A DNA stretch of 64,000 nt, taken from the NCBI GenBank assembly GCA_951406725.2, contig OX597826.1:79360001-79424000 (forward strand). The letters are read 5' to 3'. A program made the position numbers and the translations under genes. A model generated the notes under the pieces. It was given only the letters and a program-made list of their open reading frames with translations. It was not told the origin of the DNA and searched no databases. Positions 51,900-64,000 of the stretch are shown piece by piece. The stretch's first letter is position 1; each line of letters opens with the position of its first letter. The DNA comes from Octopus vulgaris (lineage: Eukaryota).

Positions 51900-52000
51900 A
51901 CAGTTAATCTAAACAAGAAAGCACAAAAAAACAAAACAATGCGACGACGTGGAACAAATCTGGTATTATTGGACGCTCAGGAAAGAAGGAAAGAAGGAGG

Positions 52001-52035
52001 GTTCAACGTTTCGAGCGGAGCTCTTCGTCGGAAAC
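52001..52035 (-). ncRNA. PLE-type minimal hammerhead motif (U4 to C)
   Basis: GUUU-CCGACGA-A-GAGC(UCC)GCUC-GAAA-CG-UU-GAAC. Confidence 0.55.
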
Positions 52036-52156
52036 ATAGGAGAAGGAAAGATCCAGAGAAGGGAAGATAGAGGGAAAAAAATCGCCAACGGTACACACAA
52101 GGTCACATTGTATACATATGCAATATATTTGCAAACATACACACATATATTTACGA

Positions 52157-52310
52157 TCCCAGTACGCAACTGGTACTTAATTTATCGACCCTGAAAGAAA
52201 TGAAAGGCAAAGTCGACCTCTGCGGAATTTGAACTCAGAACGCAAAGACAGACGAAATACTGCCAAGCATTTCACCCGGCGTGCTAACGTTTCTGCCAGT
52301 TCTCCGCCTT
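52157..52310 (-). mobile_element. SINE family A fragment
   Basis: aactggtacttaatttatcgaccc...gaatttgaactcagaacg...ccggcgtgctaacgtttctgccag. Confidence 0.82.
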
Positions 52311-54704
52311 TCTCGCTGCCATGACTCATACTGACCCAAACACAAATCTGGTCCTGGGTATATGAGTTTTTTTCTCTCTATTTTCTGATTGCATTGGTTG
52401 CTTAGGTGGTTGGGATTTTTTCCCCAGTATGTTGACTTTTAGTATTTTGTTTCCTTTCTGGTAGTTCAGGTCTCCGTGGCCTTTCTAGTGGCTGCTTTTA
52501 TATATATTTATCAAAATTTTATGCAGACGACAGTTATCTTGTAATAAACAAGTAAATCTAATGACGAAAATCTTATGACGACAACTGTATGATCCACGAA
52601 CCGTATCTAATGGCTCCCTAATTTGAAAAACAGGACATATACTGTGAAAAATTTCATAAAAATAAACAGAGATTTTCTATGAATACAAATATACATTAAA
52701 AGAAAAGCAAGGAAACAACCAACATGGCGTTTTTTTTCCTGTGAATCGTCTGGTAAAATTACACACATATACGTATAACATACACACACATCCCGATTTT
52801 GGCACAAGTAATTTTAAAGGGAAGGGGATAGTCTATAGTATCAACCCCAGTGCTTGTATTTTGTCGGCTCCGGAAGGGTAAAAGGCAAAGTTGATCTCGG
52901 TGGGATATTGACTTAGAATTAAAGAATCAAAACAAATTCTACAAAGCGTTTATTGCGACGCTCTTGCGATTCTGCAGATCGTTGCCTAAATGTAAAGAAA
53001 TGGAAGGCATTTAGTATAGCACTTAACCGTTTTCTGCGACTTATACATTCTTGTAGAACTAATATTTATTATAATGATTTTAAATATAGGCACAAGGTGA
53101 CATATTTTTTGATGAGGCACAATGTGATATGGATGTTGGTTGGTTAGTTGATAAAATGGTACCCGCTATTTATTCTATAGATTCCAGAAGCATGCAAGAC
53201 AAAGTTGGTTTCGACAGGAATTAAACGTTAATGAGCGTATATTGAAGCTCAGTGTTCTAAATCAATACTTATGAAACTTATTTTTTAACTATCACCTGCT
53301 TTGTTTCACCAACACTTTTATCAGCGTTCCCTAGCTGCAAATCAACGCTTCCTGCATCATTTTTCATGTAGAAGCACGTCACACCGGGTACTAGTTTGAG
53401 ACGGGTTACTACTTACCGCAGAACTGTCCTTCCATATGCGTATACTATAAGTGTGGATAGTCCACATTACTCCGTAAGGAGGGTCCTTTTCCCGCCTCCT
53501 CTGACGCATATATTTGTCCTTGGACGTGATGCCGGTCCGTCACAGGATTGCTAAATTTTACCAGCTGAGTCGACTGAAGTAACACGAAATAAAGTGTTTT
53601 ACTCAAGAACACAATGCATCGCCCGGTGCAGGAATCGAAACCATAATCTTACGATTATGAGTCCAACACCACAACCACTGAGCCACGCGCCTTCATTACA
53701 TATACCATAAGTGGTACATATTCGGGTTTTTTTTTACTCATTCATATTTCAAAGCTTATTATGATTTTAATTGTCAGCTCGGCGACCTGGCAGAGTTGTT
53801 AGCATATCGAAGAAAATGCTTAGCAGTATTTCTTCCGTCTCTTTACGTTCTAAGTTCAAATCCCACCGTGGTCAACTTTGCTTTTCTTCTTTTCGGAATC
53901 GATAAAATCAAGAAGCAGCCACGTAGTGGGGGTCGAAGTAATCAACTGATTACCTTCTCTTATAATTGCTGGCCTTGAAACAATTTCTGTTGCTGTGAAT
54001 GTAGCTAACACACAGTTTAGTCATGATATTATATTTAACAGTTCTTAGAAATAATGGAAGGAAAAAAATATGTGCACGGTGCTCCGGCATGGCCACAGTC
54101 AACTGACTAAAACAGGTAAAAGAAAGAATAAAAGACGGGGTTATCGTTTCATATCTTCCCTTTGTTTGCCATATTCATATAAAGCTTCCCAGGCCCCAGT
54201 CCCCGAGGCGGTACCGTTCAATACTTTAAAGGGTTATTTTCATAGGGCCTGATATTGTTGTAAAGGATATACTCACTTTAATCCACCCCCCCCAAATTAT
54301 ATGGCTTGTAGCTATTATATTGACAGTGGAGGGACAAAAATAAAATGCTGGTTACGGTTGGATTTGAACTTAGAACGTAATATTTACTATTTCCGTCAGT
54401 CTACTGAAACCTATAGCATTTTCGTCTCTCAAACGATTCTGCATCCTCATCACTATTGTTTTCATTAATGATGGTTTCAAATTCCGCCACAAAGCAATCA
54501 GGGCAAGTACTGCCCACAGCCTTAGAAAAACCCTATCAAATGTGTGAGTTGTATTAGATGGAGACATTTTTGTAATACCCTCGCCCCTTCCCCTCTCCAA
54601 ACTTCCGCTTCTATTTCAACATCTCTTAACCTTCGCTAGTCCTAGGGTGCTGGGTGTGCCCTGACAAGTGATTACATCAAACATGCAGATAATAATAACA
54701 TTCC

Positions 54705-55092
54705 TTTCTACTATAGGCACAAGGCCTGAAATTTTGAAGAAGGGGAAAAGTCGATCACATCGACTCCAATTGGTACTTAATTTATCGATCCCTAAAGGAT
54801 GAAAGGCAAAGTTGACCTCAGCGGAATTTGAACTCAGAACGTAAGAACGGACGAAATACCTATTTCTTTACTACCCACAAGGAGCTAAACACAGAGAGGA
54901 CAAACAACGACAGACAAACGGATTAAGTTGATTATATCGATCCCAGTGCGTAACTGGTACTTATTTAATCGACCCCGAAAGGATGAAAGGCAAAGTCGAC
55001 CTCGGCGGAATTTGAACTCAGAACGTAGCGGCAGACAAAATACCGCTCAGCATTTTGCCCGGCGTGCCGACAATTCTGCCAGCTCGCCGTCT
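54705..55092 (-). mobile_element. SINE family A, nested/tandem copies
   Basis: Two successive gatgaaaggcaaagt.gacctc..cggaatttgaactcagaacgta blocks. Confidence 0.82.
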
Positions 55093-55109
55093 TAGATAAT
55101 AATAATAAT

Positions 55110-55167
<58 letters not shown>

Positions 55168-55177
55168 TTAATAATAA

Positions 55178-55254
<77 letters not shown>

Positions 55255-55549
55255 TGGAGAGTGTGAACACAGAAAAAAAGGATTTTATCTATATAATAGT
55301 CAATTTCATGTCTCCTACGAACGTTTCAATTTCGTACCTTCATTCATATTTTACAATTAAAATTGCATTATGAATTTAAAAAGTAAAAAAATCTCTTTAG
55401 GGCTAAATTGACACATATTCATTTACATCCTAAAGGATGGAGAGTTCCTTACAGACTTAAATAGTAGCATGTAAATATGTGTGTGTGTGTGTGTGTGTGT
55501 GAGCATGTGTGTCTTTGGATTCCATTCTAAAAATTGCTAGATGCCAAAC

Positions 55550-55652
<103 letters not shown>

Positions 55653-55761
55653 GTATCTATCTATCTATATATATACACACACATATATACATACATACAT
55701 ATATATATATATATACACACATATATATATATATACATACGTACGTTTATATATATATATG

Positions 55762-55811
<50 letters not shown>

Positions 55812-55820
55812 TACACACAC

Positions 55821-55881
<61 letters not shown>

Positions 55882-56752
55882 CATAAACATACCATCTCAT
55901 TGCAATAACTACACGCAAATGAAAACGATGCTTACGTGCTGACAATGCTCAACTATCCGGACATAATATGTATTTATGCAAACATCATACATATCCAAAT
56001 TGTCTAACCCTGATAATGATGTTCGTGTACGGCCTCACCAGATCCGCTGTATCAGAGTGAACTCATCCGTTTGGGTGATTGCCAGTACATGCACATATAA
56101 GACATTCTTGGTGAATAGTTTTTGTCAACCCGTTCTGATTATTTAAAGCCCATTCTAATATGTTGTTTATGTACATATAAAACAAAACTGAACAGAGGAG
56201 TTTCTTTATAAAATATTAATTACATTTTCGTACGCGCATTTCATTAACAAAGAATGATTGTCAGTTGTATAATATAAACAATATAATCCAATTGCATTGT
56301 TAAATCTTCAGAGATGCGTATCTGGCATTCGTATTCTACTGGATTCCTGGCATGTTGCCATCGCTGATCGTACAATTTGATTTTAAATCACACTTTACGC
56401 ACATACACGCACACAGAGACTCGCACACACACCCATATGGTTACATACGTTCTTACTCATACCGATTAACAGCTATAAACCCACACCAACAACACACACA
56501 TCTAAATCAGTAGTTTCCATTAACCAATTGATATATATTAACCAAAACAAACCCTGCACCTAGAACAGTCTACGAACAGTACACACCCGGGCACACACGC
56601 GCACATTCTAACAACCAAATACGTGCACATACACCAACACTTGGGATATATGCAACACCGGCAGTTCATTTCGAATATATGAGTGTACATACATACATAT
56701 ATACATACATACATATATACATACACATATATATATATATATTATACATACA

Positions 56753-56821
<69 letters not shown>

Positions 56822-57338
56822 GACGGGCTTCTTTCAGTTTCCGTCTACCAAATCTACTCACAAGACACTTGCCCAAAGTGCCACACAGTGGGACTGAACC
56901 CGGGACCATGTGGTTGGGAAGCAAGCTTCTTACCACACACCCACTCCTGGTGTATATATGATGATATATATGTGTGCAAAACATGCATGTAGATGTGTAC
57001 AGATGTATATATACAGGTACGAAGACGTACGGAAGCATGCAGATATTGTGTGCATTGCGGCGAGTGTGGGTTTGAGTGCCACCAGCTTAGTTGTTTTGCG
57101 ATTCAGATGAAATAGTTTTTGTAGTCTGTATTCATTTTAGTTTCTTTCTTTCTCTCTTGTCAGGGAATTTTTTTTTAATATTTTCTTTTCCATTCTAATT
57201 TCGGAAAATAAAACGTTTTCAAAGTCTGTCTGGTTTGCTCTGCCAAAGGCGAAGTCCATATCCAGAATGTTTGTCATATGTTTTGTGATACAAACAAAAG
57301 AATTATACACATATATACGCGCAAATAATCATGTATAT

Positions 57339-57429
<91 letters not shown>

Positions 57430-57789
57430 CATGTGTATGTATGCATATATACATGTATATATATGTATATATTTTTGTATTTACGTGAGTACATACGCAC
57501 GCACTCACAGACAGACACAGACACACTTACACACACGCGCCGCACACATACATAAAAACAAAAGAATGGAAAATTATATATTATTTAATCACTTACGGAC
57601 GTTTCTTATAGATTCGCAAAGTACAAGATTCTGTGCTGCAGCAAAACTGCATATTAATAGATCCAGTATCTGGTCGAATAAAATTCTACAGAGAGAGAGA
57701 GAAATTTAACACAGCCTATCCTCATCAATTCTGTATCACACTGTTTGGAACAGAGAATATTTAAAGGGGCAAAGACTGCAGTATTCCTC

Positions 57790-58260
57790 CTCATCATTGT
57801 TCGACCGTAGTCGAGACAATGGAATTTACTATGTTACGCCAGACTTCACAGTCCATCATAGCATTACGGAGGTCCTGTTGCTGGATGTATCCCTGGGGAT
57901 TACATCAGGGTAGGAGAGTGTGCGCCCTCTGGTATCGCGAGCAGAAGTCTTCCAGAGGAGAAGAGTAGAAATTACCTCGTTTTCAGCTCTACAACAATGT
58001 CCAGCAAACTGGACTCTACTACCTTTCACAAGAGGTGATACAGGTGGTAATTTCCCATATACTTGTACTTTGCTTGGATGACGCTTCCACGAGAGATTTT
58101 GAGCTCTCATAAGGAGGCGAGTGTAAGTTCCATCCAACCGCTTCTCAAGCTTCTTTGATAACGTTCAGGTTTCTGAGCCATTTAGTAGAATTGGTTCGAC
58201 TGTGGCTTTGAAGATTTTAAGTTTGAAATCTCTATTTAGACTTGATGACCAGATCTTTAC
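57790..58260 (-). mobile_element. RTE-like LINE RT C-terminal fragment
   Basis: KIFKATVEPILLNGSET...KKLEKRLDGTYTRLLMRAQNLSW...QFAGHC.R...RGR. Confidence 0.8.
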
Positions 58261-58768
58261 TAACAATATTCGACCAGTGTAAGGTGTTAGGAGATATTTC
58301 AGTAGATCAGAATGGGATCTGTATGTATCAGATCGCGATAACAATTGCAATATCCTTAATTTCGTAAAACTCACTCGGCAACTTGACGAATGCGTATGGA
58401 AACATTTCTACAGCATTTAAACTGACCAATTGGAATACGTAGAAGAGGTAAGGAGAACCAAGCAATTCGATATATATATTATTATTTAAGTTACACTGGA
58501 AATGTCATATGATCAGTAAACATTCTAAATATAAACTAAGACAAACAAGTTGAGTTAGCGAGAATTCTAAGAGAAAATCTATTATTCACTGCGGAAGACA
58601 TTTTTAGAAAAAAAAAAATTTTTTTCTTAAAATATAGGCATTTTAAGATTAAAATAATTCTAATACGATTAAGATAATCTATGATAAGTATGAAATGAAA
58701 ATAAAATATGAAAGATAAACTAACAATTAAAAATAAATAATCTAATCTCCCTCTCTCTTTCTTTATAA

Positions 58769-58817
<49 letters not shown>

Positions 58818-58855
58818 TGAATGTATGCACGTCCGTGTATATATATATATATATG

Positions 58856-58901
<46 letters not shown>

Positions 58902-59103
58902 GCTGATATGCGACAATATATATTTACCACGTGATCTTAGCTGCCAGTTGAGGGTTAAGCTCATAGAAGGTATTTTGAATTTCTCTCAAAGCTCCTACTC
59001 TGCTCTAGCACCATATGAAAATGATGTGTTCCTTACGCCTAAGTAATTCAGAGCGGAGTCAAACTATCATATATATGTTTATATACATACATACATACAT
59101 ACA

Positions 59104-59187
<84 letters not shown>

Positions 59188-59663
59188 AATTAATATTGAC
59201 AACGGTATGCAATGTGGTACCAAAAACGAAAACTATAATTGTCATTAGATTATGACTAAGGGTGTCAGAACATCTACATTGCTTGAAATAAGAGCTAGAC
59301 TCTTCTAATGCTGTAGTCAAACCACACACACACACACACACGCACACACACAAACATAGATGGACTCTCCCGTCGTGAGACGACGTGTGACGGTTTTTCA
59401 CTTCCTTGCTGATCAGCCACACATGGATTTTTGTTCATAATCATCAAATGCTTATGCCTACATAACCTCACTCCCTCCATGAAATCGACATTACCTGTAC
59501 AGGTGCCCCATGTGCCACATGTCAGATGACCAAATGATCACAGAGCAATGTGAAAGGAAGTGTTTTTGCTGAAGTTCACAACATAACACCTGATCTGGGA
59601 ATCGAAACCACAATCTCGCAATCGCGAATGCAACACCCTGACCAGTGAGCCAGGCGCCTTCAT

Positions 59664-59694
<31 letters not shown>

Positions 59695-59732
59695 TACATA
59701 CATACATTACATACATACATATATACATACAC

Positions 59733-59798
<66 letters not shown>

Positions 59799-59926
59799 TT
59801 ATATACATATACATATATATATGAATATACATATATATATGTATATATATACATACACACACATACACACACACACATATATATATATATGTATGTATGT
59901 ATGTATATGTATATATGGATGTATAT

Positions 59927-59957
<31 letters not shown>

Positions 59958-60559
59958 GCTGACATATGGTTGGCTATATATATATATATATAGATAGCTG
60001 ACACATGGTTGGCGTCTATCAAAATAATTAAAGTGGGAAGTCTAGGTCTCAAGGCTGTGTGCAAAGAGCAAAACAGATGAGTGGTCAGCAAAGAGTAGTG
60101 CGTAACACGGATTCCATACACGCGGAGAAAATTGTGTGCCAAAGAGGTTAAATAACTGATCTTTTGATTGCAAGGCCGTGAGTTCGATTCTCTGTCCGGG
60201 AAAGACTCCATGCTTTTTTTTTTTATCTTCCGTTGGTCCATTTTATTTCATTTACGAGCTCATAATAGAGAAAGCGCCTGGTCAGCAACAGTTTAGCGTC
60301 GCAGCTTTAAGGAGTGAGTGTCACGACCAGAAATTTTCAGACACGAAGAGAGATGCATTCAGGAGCGTATGTATATAAGTATGTATGTATGTATGTATGT
60401 AGCTTTGCACTAACAAGTTCCCCTTTTAGCATCTGTTTTGGGATCCTGCTATCATTCATTCTAACAAGGTGTCCAATCCAACGTTACCGGCGTTTGTGCG
60501 CCATCGCCTTAATACTCAGGATATCAGCTTTCCTCGGGACTTGTGTATCAGATGCTATA

Positions 60560-60920
60560 TGGGTAACTTGTTAGGGTAAAGCGACTCCGGCAGAAGCCAA
60601 GACTGCGATTTAGGAACTGTGTAAAGTCCTCATTAAAGGCCTGTGAAATGCGGGAGGCTGACTGGGAGAGCAATATTTTCTGCATCGCCACGGATGGAAG
60701 AAATCGGTTAGAGAGGGAGTCGATATTTTCGAAAGAGCACGTATTCGTCATGAAGAATTTAAGCGTGCTGCTCGAAAGCGGACTGCTAATGAAATGAATG
60801 GGGAAAGCTTGGTCTGCAATGTTTGCCGTCGTGTATGTTTGTCAAGAGCAGGGCTCAACAGTCACCACCGGAGCCTAAAGGTCAATAATGGCTTTCCTCG
60901 GTCACGAGTGGACGGCCATC
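60560..60920 (+). mobile_element. RTE-type LINE 3' end (C2H2 finger)
   Basis: LVCNVCRRVCLSRAGLNSHHRS, followed by a short UTR and (TATG)n. Confidence 0.55.
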
Positions 60921-61790
60921 ATGTATGTATGTATGTATGTATGTATGTATGTATGTATGTATGTATGTATGTATGTATGTATGTATGTATGTATGCATGC
61001 ATGTATGTATGTATGCATGTATGTATGTATGTATGTATGTATGCATGTATGTATGTATGTATGTATGTATGTATGTATGTATGTATGTATGTATGTATGC
61101 ATGCATATATGTATGTATGTATGTATGCATGTATGTATGTATGTATGTATGTATGCATGCATGTATGTATGTATGTATGTATGTTTGTATGTATATTTGT
61201 ATGTATATATGATGTATGTATGTATGTATGTATGTATGTATGTATGTATGTATGCATGAATGTATGTATGTATGTATGTATGTATGTATGTATGTATGTA
61301 TGTATGTATGTATGTATGTATGTATGTATGTATGTATGTATGTATGTATGTATGTATGTATGCATGCATGTATGTATGTATGTATGTATGTATGTATGTA
61401 TGTATGCATGCATGTATGTATGTATGTATGTATGCATGTATGTATGTATGTATGTATGTATGTATGCATGCATGTATGTATGTATGTATCTATGTATGTT
61501 TGTATGTATATTTGTATGTATATATGATGTATGTATGTATGTATGTATGTATGTATGTATGCATGCATGTATGTATGTATGCATGTATGTATGTATGTAT
61601 GTATGTATGTATGTATGCATGCATGTATGTATGTATGTATGTATGTATGTATGTATGTATGTATGTATGTATGTATGTGTGTGTATGTATGTATGTATGT
61701 ATGTATGTGTGTGTGTATGTATGTATGTATGTATGTATGTATGCATGCATGTATGTATTAATGTATGTATGCATGTATGTATTTATGTCT
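60921..61790. repeat. ~870-bp (TATG)n/(CATG) microsatellite
   Basis: Tetranucleotide array; source of the MYVC/HTYI pseudo-ORFs. Confidence 0.95.
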
Positions 61791-62096
61791 CTTCTATTTA
61801 TAATTATTATAAATCTCCCACTGAGAAGGGATCCGGTTTCTAACAAAGAGACACGGGTCCATTTTTGGGATGCAGTTAACAGAGACAAATTCACGTTTGG
61901 AACTTGAGAAAAGTCTTGCATATTTTTACTGTTCCACTCACAGATTGCACTTGTAATGTACGAGTTAGCCGGTCAGTTTCTCTTTGTAATTATGTATGTA
62001 TGTATGTATGTATGTATGCATGTATGTATGTATGTATGTATGTATGTATGTATGTATGTATGTATGTATGTATGTATGTATGTATGTATGTATGTA

Positions 62097-62127
<31 letters not shown>

Positions 62128-62690
62128 ATGTATGTATGTATGTATGTATGTATGTATGTTCTACTTTTAGTCATTGAAATCTTTCAGTAAGGGAGTATCC
62201 AGTTTCTAACAAAGGTACAAAGCTAGGTCCCTCGTTGGAATGTAGATAACAAAATCAATGTCACATTTTTAGCATGAGAAATATCTCGCGTATATTTATT
62301 GTTCCACTTGAAGATTTTATTTCCATTATGCGACTTGGCCGATTGATTCCTTTTTCTGCAAACCCAAACTCATCCAGATTGTCACTGAGGTTTTACTTAC
62401 AAAACCAAGTGCACCATTTATTATAAGGAAAATGCGAATTTATATTATGCATGTATGTGTGTGGACATTTCGTGTTTTGCTTTGAAGCAATGCAAGGTCG
62501 CAAAATTTTCGACTCGAGTCAACATACAGCAAACTACTCCGAATCCTTCTTTGAGTATTTGCGTAAGAGGAGTCAAGACACGCGAGTCTGTGCTAGCATT
62601 GAGTCATATAACTTGTAATTACTGGGGTTGAATCCATTTTTACGAGTTATATGTATATATCAATATGTAAATACATGTATACATAATGTT

Positions 62691-62746
<56 letters not shown>

Positions 62747-63104
62747 TACATATATATATATATACATGTATATGTATATATTTGTACATATATATATATA
62801 TATATATATACGCACATGCATACATACAAACATACATACATACATACATACATACATACATACATACATACATACATACATACAACATACACATAAATGT
62901 ATATACGTATGTATAATTTTTCTCCAAATTAGCACGCTGATGCATATTCAAAGTAGGAAATTCTAATGAAGTACCCCATAAACTAGGTTTTGCGTTGATA
63001 TATACACACACATACTCGCAAACATACATGCACGCACACACACACACACACACGTGCCTATATACATACACTCACAAAACCAGTTTATTTAAGCCTCATC
63101 ACCA

Positions 63105-63160
63105 TCAGCACGAGCATCACTTATCACGAGCATCACTTATCACGAGCATCACTCATCACT
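63105..63160. repeat. 16-bp tandem repeat CACGAGCATCACTTAT x~3
   Basis: Direct reading. Confidence 0.85.
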
Positions 63161-63239
63161 CATCATGATCACCATTGGTAATCGTACCATCATTATGATG
63201 ACTACGATGATATACACACATATATATATATATATATAC

Positions 63240-63340
<101 letters not shown>

Positions 63341-63368
63341 ACATATACATATACATACATATATAAAT

Positions 63369-63478
<110 letters not shown>

Positions 63479-63729
63479 GTATATATATATATATATATAT
63501 GAATGATATGTATGGATTACGAGAAAATATAGTAGAGATGTAGGAAATGGTAAAATTTAAGACAGTAGACGATGGTATGTTTAAAGATTACAGTTTATTA
63601 TCTTTACATTCCATTAATTCAAAAAATAGCGAAAGAAATAATGCGGTTAATAATCTATGTAATCATCGTTATTTTTGACTAATCTCTGTGTTGCCCTTCG
63701 TAATGTTCCCTCACATTTATGACATAGAT

Positions 63730-63755
63730 TATTGTTATTATTATTATTATTATTA

Positions 63756-63798
<43 letters not shown>

Positions 63799-63957
63799 AT
63801 TATTATTACATATTCATATGATAATTATTAATATTATCATTCAACTGTTATTATTTGTACTGTATGATTATTATTATTATTATTATTATTGATATCATTA
63901 TTATTATTATTATTATTATTATTGATATCATTATTATTATTATTATTATTATTGATA

Positions 63958-64000
<43 letters not shown>
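63730..64000. repeat. (ATT)n microsatellite with GATATC interruptions about every 30 bp
   Basis: Direct reading. Confidence 0.92.

Overview
AT-rich, microsatellite-dense animal genomic DNA. The SINE/LINE repertoire and the gene content suggest an octopus (inference). Positions 1-9472 (+) hold the last seven coding exons of a catalytically intact myotubularin (MTM1/MTMR1/MTMR2 subfamily; HCSDGWDRT active site; all GT-AG, phase-0 introns). Its introns and 3' flank contain several inverted repeats, including a 65-bp near-perfect hairpin. Positions 19.8-24.7 kb (-) hold a spliced gene that the ORF track captures only in part. It encodes a His/Cys-rich protein without a signal peptide, with (HGHCHG)n repeats, an Ala/Val/Gln heptad block, (CGP)8, a 38-nt microexon encoding PKRKR, and a tandemly duplicated Cys/His exon. 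All splice phases match. The rest is gene-poor: tRNA-derived SINEs, decayed RTE LINEs, Penelope-like fragments, a deleted mariner, MITEs and long simple repeats. It also contains at least six Penelope-type minimal hammerhead-ribozyme motifs (44.3-44.8, 47.9-48.2 and 52.0 kb) and a CRE-containing promoter-like island at about 32.4 kb. Repeat boundaries without TSDs are approximate, and nothing was checked against databases.
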